The notes under the pieces: model-generated | Databases searched by the model: none | Seen by the model: only the letters and a program-made list of their open reading frames with translations | What the model was told of the DNA's origin: nothing | Program-made: the position numbers and the translations under genes | Shown: positions 54,465 to 64,000 of the stretch, piece after piece | Layout of the letters: the number at the start of each line of letters is the position of its first letter | How positions within the stretch are numbered: the stretch's first letter is position 1 | NCBI GenBank assembly: GCA_964016885.1 | Contig: OZ024758.1 | Location: 22,630,001 to 22,694,000 of the forward strand | From: Eledone cirrhosa | Taxonomy: Eukaryota | Length of the DNA stretch: 64,000 bases | Reading direction: 5' to 3'

Positions 54465-55404
54465 CTAAGAAAAAGAAAAGTCAATTGCTAACTCAAGAGA
54501 TACGCAAGTGCACTAACAAATTTATATTTCACTCCAATGGGAATATCAAAAGGCATAGGGAGGAGGGAGAGATCACAAAAAAATTGATAAAAATTTAAAT
54601 AGTTTCTATCACCTGAGTAAAAAAAAAAAAAAGTATTAGGAATATTTTGATGACATAGGTGCTGAATGCTGAAATTTAAAAGTGCAGGTTCTATTAAATG
54701 AAAATATATAAAAGCTTGAAAACCATTATAAAGGATTCTACATGTTCAACTCGGTACAGAAAGAATAACCAAAAATATTCACTAAGTAATTGTCGTAAGT
54801 GAGTATTCAGTTTATCCTAAGAACAAATCTATGTATAAATCAATAAACTGTAACCCCACAGGTCATAGCTAACTATCACATAACTCTAAAACGAAACCCC
54901 AAAAACTCTCCAAAAAGATTCAAACATTCACAGCATGGCTGATATTCTATGAAGATAACAACATCCAAATATATAACCTTTGACTAATAACACTGCTACT
55001 TGAAGATGAAGAAAGAATGGTAGGAAATACGACGAGCAATTGGAAATTTCATTGAGACAGATACATGGTAAGCAGAAGGTGAAAGGTTAAGATATACATT
55101 TACCTTGGAAAGCAACTATCTACAAGAAACATCATAGAAGAAGAAACCAACTGTTGAATCAATCTGAGTTGGCGAACATTGGAAAGGGTCAGCTGTCTCC
55201 TAAAAAAATACAATCAAAAAAGTCCAAGCTATCTGAATATACAATATAAATTACTATAATGAACAGAAAGCTAACTGCAGTCATTTACAAAAGTGTATAA
55301 ATATATATAAATATATCAAATCAACCTCCCAAATGCAAGGTGATTGAAAGGTATGTCGTATCTATTTATTTATAGGATTATTTATAAGACTGTTTATATT
55401 GTAT

Positions 55405-55464
55405 TTTGTCTGAAGAAGGCATAACATATTGTTAATATGATATCCCTGAAATATATATAACGAA
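55405..55464 (+). ncRNA. Type-I hammerhead ribozyme motif
   Basis: TTTGT-CTGAAGA-A-GG..CATATT-gtt-AATATG..CC-T-GAAA-TATATA-TA-ACGAA. Confidence 0.68.
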
Positions 55465-55706
55465 ATAAATATGGTTTTATAAATATAGTTTCCATTTATT
55501 TAATATCATAAATATACTCCAAATACTTGTTGAGTGCTTTTATATCAGTTATAAATATTTACTCGTTAACCCAACAATTTAAATATAACTTTCCATATAA
55601 ATATATATATATATATTACTTCCTTAATATCCTTTATCTTTTATTATTTTTCATTCTTCAATGTCTTGGATTTGTTATTGCTTGTGTGGTATGTAATTAA
55701 CCTTTA

Positions 55707-55752
55707 TGCTCTGATGAGTCCCACTTATAGTGCGGATGAAACAATGTTAGCA
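55707..55752 (+). ncRNA. Minimal type-I hammerhead ribozyme motif
   Basis: TGCT-CTGATGA-GTCC-CACT-tat-AGTG-c-GGAT-GAAA-C-aat-G-TT-AGCA. Confidence 0.78.
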
Positions 55753-58375
55753 AGTAAAGATATGCATATGCTATAGGCGTTCTTTGTTATTTATTATATA
55801 AATATATATGTATTCTAGCCAAATGTTCGCCTCTATAAATGAAAGTTCTAACACGAGTACAACTCTGAAAACTATATAGAAAAACACTGCATATTAGATA
55901 CTATAATGACTGCAGCCATTTACAAAAGTGTATATATATATATATATATATTTTCAGCAGCGAATAAGCAGCATCATTAGAACCAACATTAGAACATCGG
56001 ATAGAATGCTTTATAGTATTCGTTCCGGCTCTCCGAGTTCAAATCCCGCCAAGGTCAACTTTGCCTTTCATCTTTTTGAGGTTGATAAAAAAAGTACCAG
56101 TCAAGTACTGGGGTTGATTCTTCCTCTATATCTCTTTCTCACTACTTTTCTCTCTCTCTCTCTGGAAGATATCTGCCTGGAGAGGTATGGGCTCTGCCAG
56201 GCTTAAAATGCCCAAGAAACACCATATGTCAATATGGCACCCCTACGGCTATCCGAAGTTACGAGACCATGCATATTTATTTTCTAGCCAAATGTTCGCC
56301 TCTATAAATGAAAGTTCTCACACAAGAATAAATCTGAAAACTATGTAGTAAAATACTGCATGTTAAATACTTGTTGAAATAATTTCAGATCATACACCTG
56401 AAGAAGTTTCTTTTTTCACTCTTTCATGATAGCTTCTCTGACTTTGATAGAAAGTGCTGCTAGTTCAAGTAGTGCTCTATCCCCTACAATTGGCATCTAT
56501 GGCCCGTGCCATGCTTGCCATAGCCTAATTATGCCTCTGTTGACAGCTGTAGTTCACCTTTCTAAGTAATGAAAGCATCACTGGACTGAGCGTTTCTATA
56601 ACTTACAATATTAAGTTACAATGTTGTCATGAGAGAAATTTATTTCAGAGTGATAAGACCTCAAAATTGACACAATCACCAGAATTCAATCTCTTTGGTT
56701 ATGAAGAAGAAAATAAAAATTAATTCAATAAATAAAATGGAATTCTTGCAGCTATACATTTCAACTAAAAATCCCTTTGCCTTGTGTCCACAAGAAACTC
56801 AAACATACTAAAGCAATTTCCAATCTATATAAAGATGAAAAGATATTCTGAAACCAGTAGATATTGTGACTAATGCAATAAGAATTGAATTTAGTGTCTT
56901 CACCCTTTAGCATTTACATTACTCTATATTTACTATTGTATTTTCACGGTAAAGGTTTTACTTCACATAATATCAAATCTATGAGATTGTAATATTTATT
57001 TTGAGAACAATGCCTTAACGTCAGTGAGTGGCCTGTTATGACCGGTTTGAACAGAAAGAGGTGAGAGAATTCTGGCTGGATATGGCTGGTTTAAATGCTA
57101 AAGGGTTAATACATTAATAAAGATCAATTGAAAATGTTCTCTATGAAACAAAAACCTTGATAACATTAAATGCTTGCCATCTGCAACAATTCTATTCAAA
57201 GTCTATATTTTAAAAGCCTCCACTTCTAGCATATACCTCATGTACGACAAGAAACATTCTTTAACAATAGATGTTACGAGAAGTTACGACCTAAATATTC
57301 ACCCTTCACAAACAATTATTTATATAGTTTTGACCAAGATCAAGGTTTAAGATTTTACTATCAAATATAAAGTGTAAAACATTAACAATGACTTCAACTG
57401 CCATTCTCTTATAACTGATAAAACTGTCATCTTTAACAACAGAGGGTATCTAAATATGAGTATTTGTATATAGATATATTTGAGGAATACATTTTGTACA
57501 CAATCTAACAAAGATACATATATATATATATATGGAGGCACATGGCTTAGTGGTTAGAGCATTGGCTTTGCAATCGAAAGGTTGTGAGTTCAATTCTCAG
57601 ACCGAATGATGTGTTGTTTCCTTGAGCAAGACACTTTATTTCACATTGCTCCAGTTTACTCAGCTGTAGAAATGAGATGGTAGGGACTGGGATCCCTATC
57701 ATTCCACTGTAAAGTGGTCGTGGAGGTGCCACGACAAAAAAAGCACCCAGCACTCACTGTAAATGAGGTTGATGTTAGGAAGGGCATCCAGCTGTAGAAA
57801 TCAAGCCAGAATAAGTTCCCGTCCCACCCTTGCAATCAGGGAAAAGTGGACGTAAAATGAAATGAAATGATATTAACCCATGCTAGCATGGAAGAACGGA
57901 CGTATAAAACGGTGATGATGATGATGATGATATATCTATATATCTATATATATATAAAATTCAAATTTTGAATTATTTATGCTCTGGGCAGATTGTCCAT
58001 TGAACTTTTCTACAGAGAAACGTAAGCATCACACATATATGTTGTGATACCTTAAATTAGTCACCCGACCAATCTTGCCTCAAGTGGGACAAACCCGTCC
58101 AACCCATGCTAGTGTGGAAGATGGATGTTAAATGATGATATTTATATATATATATATATATATATATAAATATGAACTTTTTCAGTATTTATGCTTGCTC
58201 TGATATATATTTTGGATGTTATGATACATATATATATTTATTATATTAGGTTGTTCAGTAGATTCATCTTTGAAACGGTCACATAACTATGTATAATAAA
58301 TAAAGACCTTAATGTGAAACCTCACTTATATACTGATATATATATATATATATTGATGATGATGATGATATATAT

Positions 58376-58441
<66 letters not shown>

Positions 58442-60313
58442 AGAGAGAGAGAGAAAACAGCATTCTATAAATAATTAAAACATCTAGACAGACAGTCTAG
58501 TGTTAAAAATAATTATATCCTATTTGAGTGATTACTTTCCACATGTCTTTTTAGTGGACAGTACATTAACATTTTAAAGATTTAAATTAATCGTTAAATC
58601 CCAAGACAAACTGTTTGTAAGGAACACAAACGGTGTGAATATAAGGTGATAGATTACTAATTACACACACATATATAAAGTCAAACTTTGAAACATATAT
58701 ACAATATATACATTCTTTAGTTTGACTCAGTCTAGTTTGTTAAGAAATGGCTTCTGCTGTAATGAATGTTTAGCTGTACAAAACATACAATTGAATGTTT
58801 AGCTGTACAAAAACCCATTCAGCTACAAAACAATATTTACCTTATTCAGCATTGAGAGAAAGAGAGAGAAGGGAAAATAGTAATGTATAGTATATAGATA
58901 AGCTCTGGCATAGTACATCATTTTTTTTTTTAATCGATCAACAAGACCCTAGCCCTTATTCGTTTACTGAGCAGGGGTGGAACTCGTCAAATCAGACCCC
59001 CAAAAAACCAATGTTTCCATTTGTCTTCGGTCTTTCCATGCTGATACTATCTACTGGTCGCAACTCCTGACAGAAGAAGCAACATGAAATAAAGAGTCTT
59101 GCTCAAGGACATAACGCATTGCCCGATCAGGGAATCGAACTTGCAGCCTCACGATTGTGAATCCAATTCTCTAACCACAAAGCCATGCACCTTCACATAG
59201 AAATGTAAACAAAAAGGAAAATAATCTACTTATGTTGTTATAAGAAAAAAGAAGAAAAGTGAACAGCAATTAATCTAAGTAATTTTTAATTAATTTTAAT
59301 GTGATACAGTGAAAAGTCCAGTCTTATTAGGATCAACTAGAACATTAGAACTCCAAACTTCTGAATCTGCTGACCCCATCAGAGCCTTAGTCTTCATCAG
59401 TAAAATAGTATAGTAACCTTGAAGTTTAATGGCTTGGCTTCAAAAGAGAATTTACTTGGTGTAAAAATCCATAAAATTAATTTATTATCAATGATAACAT
59501 ATTTTTAGTTATAAAAATCATTTATAGTGTCATGAGAAAGTCATTAACTCTTTATCATTTAAACTGGCCATATCCGGTCAGAATTCTCTCACCTCTTTCT
59601 GTTCAAACCAACTGTGACTGGCTGCTCATACTGATGTTAAGGTATTATTATCAAAATAGAGTTACGTCGCTTTACGGTCTGAGCTCAAATCCCGCCGAGG
59701 TTAACTTTGCCTTTCATCGATAAAATAAAGTACCAGTAATACACTGGGTATGTGCTGGCCTTGTGCCAAAAGTAGAAACAATTATTATCAAAATAAATAA
59801 CATCAAAATCTCATAGATTCGATATTATGTGAGATAAAGTCTTTACCGTCAAAGTATAACAGTAAATATAGAGTAGTGCAAATACTAAAGGGTTCATGGA
59901 TTGACTTCAAAAGAGGGTTTACTTGGTGTGAAAATCCATAAAATCAATTTATTACCAATGATAACATATTAATAATAATAAAAATCCTTTTTAGTGACAT
60001 GAGAAAGTCATTTAAATAACCTATTTTTATCAGCAATATAGCTCACAACACAAACATTTCAAATGTTATCTATCATCTGTTAGAAATAAAAGGAAGATTG
60101 TTTACTTTGTGCAACGGTGGTCAAAATTTAGTGATATTGACAATCTTAAAAAGCATATGGCAAAAACGTGATCATTCTATTTTTTAATGACGTCAAGTGT
60201 ATTACTTGATACATCAGTAGTTCGTAGTTTATCGTTGATAATGGATTAGTTTTGTCAATGTAAACATCTCAGAAACACTTTTGAATTTACTCATGTTACA
60301 TTATGATACTACC

Positions 60314-61503
60314 CAACAAACTCATTCTTCCAGTAATTCCCTGTCCAACAAACTCAGTCTTCCAGTAATTCCCTGTCAAACAAACTCATTCTTCCAGTAA
60401 TTCCCTGTCCAACAAACTCATTCTTCCAGTAATTCCCTGTCCAATAAACTCATTCTTCCAGTAATTCCCTGTCCAATAAACTCATTCTTCCAGTAATTCC
60501 CTGTCAAACAAACTCATTCTTCCAGTAATTCCCTGTCAAATAAACTCATTCTTTCAGTAATTCCCTGTCAAACAAACTCATTCTTCCAGTAATTCCCTGT
60601 CAAACAAACTCATTCTTCCAGTAATTCCCTGTCAAACAAACTCATTCTTCCAGTAATTCCCTGTCCAAACTCATTCTTCCAGTAATTCCCTGTCCAATAA
60701 ACTCATTCTTCCAGTAATTCCCTGTCAAACAAACTCCTTCTTCCAGTAATTCCCTGTCCAAACTCATTCTTCCAGTAATTCCATGTCCAATAAACTCATT
60801 CTTCCAGTAATTCCCCGTCAAATAAACTCATTCTTCCAGTAATTCCCTGTCAAATAAACTCCTTCCAGTAATTCCCTGTCAAATAAACTCCTTCTTCCAG
60901 TAATTCCCTGTCCAAACTCATTCTTCCAGTAATTCCCTGTCAAATAAACTCCTTCTTCCAGTAATTCCCTGTCCAATAAACTCATTCTTCCAGTAATTCC
61001 CTGTCCAATAAACTCATTCTTCCAGTAATTCCCTGTCCAACAAACTCATTCTTCCAGTAATTCCCTGTCAAATAAACTCATTCTTCCAGTAATTCCCTGT
61101 CAAATAAACTCATTCTTCCAGTAATTCCCTGTCAAACAAACTCATTCTTCCAGTAATTCCCTGTCCAATAAACTCATTCTTCCAGTAATTCCCTGTCCAA
61201 TAAACTCATTCTTCCAGTAATTCCCTGTCCAAACTCATTCTTCCAGTAATTCCCTGTCCAATAAACTCATTCTTCCAGTAATTCCCTGTCCAAACTCATT
61301 CTTCCAGTAATTCCCTGTCCAATAAACTCATTCTTCCAGTAATTCCCTGTCAAACAAACTCATTCTTCCAGTAATTCCCTCTCCAATAAACTCATTCTTC
61401 CAGTAATTCTCTGCCCAACAAACTCATTCTTCCAATAATTCCCTGTCCAAACTCATTCTTCCAGTAATTCCATGTCCAACAAACTCATTCTTCCAGTAAT
61501 CCC
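60314..61503. repeat. 32-bp minisatellite with 28-bp variants, about 1.2 kb
   Basis: Unit CAAYAAACTCATTCTTCCAGTAATTCCCTGTC; contiguous with no spacers. Confidence 0.97.
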
Positions 61504-62925
61504 AACCCTTTCCCCACCAAGAAATAAAATACCGTTTTACAGGTTTTTACTTCTATGAAATCTAAATTCTCCCTTTACATTACTCTATATTTACAATTGT
61601 ATTTTCATGGTAGAGGCTTTACTTCACATAATATCAAATCTATGACATTTTGATATTTTGAGAATTATGTGAGGTAAATCCTTTACCATGACAATATAAT
61701 TGTAAATATAGAGTAATGTAAATGTTAAAGGGTTAAAAATGGTTTTGTTAATTCAAATATTTATATAATATTTTTACTAGTGGACAGATCCTTCCGAAAA
61801 TTAACAGTATTAGAGTAAAGACTTTATTTCTAGTACATTTCAAGAATGTCTGACTAATGTGGTTTCATGTGGTACAGGAAATTAAGAGCTCACTCCACAG
61901 GAAACAATTTGTGCTACAGTTTTCCTAATTTATTGATTGGGAATAGGAAGAAAAATAAATAGCAGTAGTTCTCTGAAATGGCTAATTTAGAAAATTAATT
62001 TTTTAATAGTCAAGAAGGGGTCGATAAAATAAAGTACCAGTAATACACTGATGTAATTGCTGGCCTTATGCCTAAAGTAGAAACATAATCAGCAATAATG
62101 ATTTCTTATTTCAGGACAATGACACACACTTGTAGAAAGAGTGTTAAAATCAATCGAATTAATTCTGTATTCCATTAACACCTTTTTATGTATGTATTTA
62201 TTTATTTAACTCTTTAGTATTTAAACTGGCCATATCTGGCCAGAATTCTCTCACCTCTTTCTGTCCAAACTGACTGCAACCAGTCGCTCATACTGACATT
62301 AAGGTATTGTACTCAAAATAAATAATATCAAAATGTCAGGTTTGATATCATGTGAAATAATTATCTAAGGTAGAGCCTTTACCACGAAAATATAATTGTT
62401 TCTACTTTTGGCACAAGGCCAGCACTTACCCAGTGCATTACTGGTACTTTATTTTATCAACCCCGTAAGGATGAAAGGCAAAGTTAACCTCAACAGGAAT
62501 TTTGAAAATATAATAGTATATATAGAGTAATGTAATGCTAAAGGGTTAATTTACCAATCCCAGAGAGATGACAAGCAAAGACAAGCCTGCTTAGATTTCA
62601 ATAATACAGCACACAGATATCTTAGCCAAAGGTTAAGAAGATATAACAAAAGTAATGATTTCTTCTTAATGCTGGCCCAAGGCCACAAATTTAGAGGACA
62701 TAGACAGTGAAGATTGATTCAACTCAAATGTATAAATTGTTCTTATTTTATTTGTTCTAGAACAGTGAAAAGAAGTCAAACTTCGTGGGATTTCAACTGA
62801 ATGTAAAAAGAATGTAACTATATACTGCAATGGATTTAGTTCAGCATTCCACCATTTTTGCCATTATATTAATTTCTAGCTTTAGTAACTAGGTTACACA
62901 TTAGTGGAGAATGAATACAATTGAC

Positions 62926-63257
62926 TTAACCCTTTAGCATTTAAACCTGCCATATCCAACCAGACTTTTCTCACCTCTTTCTGTTTAAATCAGCCATATT
63001 TGGTTAGAATTCATTCACCTCTTTTTGTTTAAATTAGCCATATTTGGTTAGAATTCTTTCACCTCTTTCTGTTTAAGCCAGCCATATCTGGTCAGAATTC
63101 TCTCAGCTCTTTCTGTTTAAACTGGCTATAAATGGTTTATGGTATTGGAATCAAAATAAATAATATCAAAATCTCAGATTAGATATTATGTGAGGTAAAC
63201 CCTTTACCATGAAAATACAATAGTATATATAGAGTAATGTAAATTCTAAAGGGTTAA
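62926..63257. mobile_element. piggyBac-like MITE with an internal ~43-bp tandem expansion
   Basis: TTAA-flanked; GCCATAT...AGAATTC...CACCTCTTTCTGTTTAA is repeated four times. Confidence 0.8.
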
Positions 63258-64000
63258 TACCAGAACTTTACTGATATTTGAACCTAGAGGAATGAGACTG
63301 AATATTACAGGAGAGTTTCCCCCAGGGCTTTACTGAATCTGTCACTCAACTACCCAACTCTACACATTATTTCTAACACTGGCACAAGGCTACAAAGGTT
63401 TTTAAAAGAATATTAATGAAATTAAATCTATCTTTGTAAATCTGTATATTGATAGATTTACAAATACAGGTTATTAATATGACAGGACCTGCTGGGAGGA
63501 TTGTTTGAGGACTCTGTCCTCCATACCATCCCAGGGAGGAGAAGAAGAGGGAGGAAAAGGAGAAGTGGGAGAAGAAAAAAGAAAAAGGAAAAAAAAGAAG
63601 AAAAAGGAGAACAAAGAAGAAAAAGGAGAACAAAAAAAGAAAAAAAGAAAAAAAGAAAAAAAGAAAAAAAGAAAAAAAGAAAAAAAGAAAAAAAGAAAAA
63701 AAGAAAAAAAGAAAAAAACAAAATCAGGTGTCTTGAACAAACTAATAGTAACAAAGTTTGATATGAGAGATCACTTTAACCTTCCACGTTTCAAAATACA
63801 ATTGACTATAAATAGTCAACTACTTGCCTCTACACACTTAATATGTCTTTACATACACACTTAATCACATCTGTGACAACCATCACCACACACACACACA
63901 CTAGCTCTCACCAGCTAACTGTTGCTAGATCATAACTTACTCTCCCAATCCATCTAAACAGCTTTTTTGTTTTCATCGAATATAAAATCGACATTAACCA

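Noticed and set aside
56398-56486. Upstream exon candidate
   Set aside because: Stop codons in all three minus-strand frames and a weak donor.
60314-61503. CRISPR-like 32-bp repeats
   Set aside because: No spacers; an ordinary minisatellite.
63373-63864. Lys/Glu-rich or Phe-rich ORFs (also 11939-12338)
   Set aside because: Translations of (GAAAAA)n low-complexity tracts.

Overview
AT-rich, microsatellite- and repeat-dense eukaryotic DNA. The tRNA-derived SINEs and overall texture resemble an Octopus/coleoid cephalopod genome (recognition, not a database hit). Almost all long ORFs in the track are microsatellite artefacts. Real coding content is limited to two things. First, four phase-compatible 3' exons of an unidentified minus-strand gene (54464 to 40025, 532 codons of acidic, low-complexity protein; 5' exons not found). 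Second, a 5'-truncated but uninterrupted CR1-group LINE RT ORF (29362-30786). There are also decayed RTE, L1/Tx1 and CRE-clade fragments, many SINEs, hAT, piggyBac-like and Tc1/pogo-like MITEs, several minisatellites and an internally deleted U6 copy. The most notable signal is eight complete minimal type-I hammerhead ribozyme motifs next to (TA)n tracts. Alongside them are at least two families of long palindromes that read as the 3' half of a hammerhead folded back at stem II, consistent with Penelope-like retroelement remnants. An intron also carries a SINE-mediated duplication-inversion-duplication. Coordinates were read by eye, so ends of degraded repeats are approximate.
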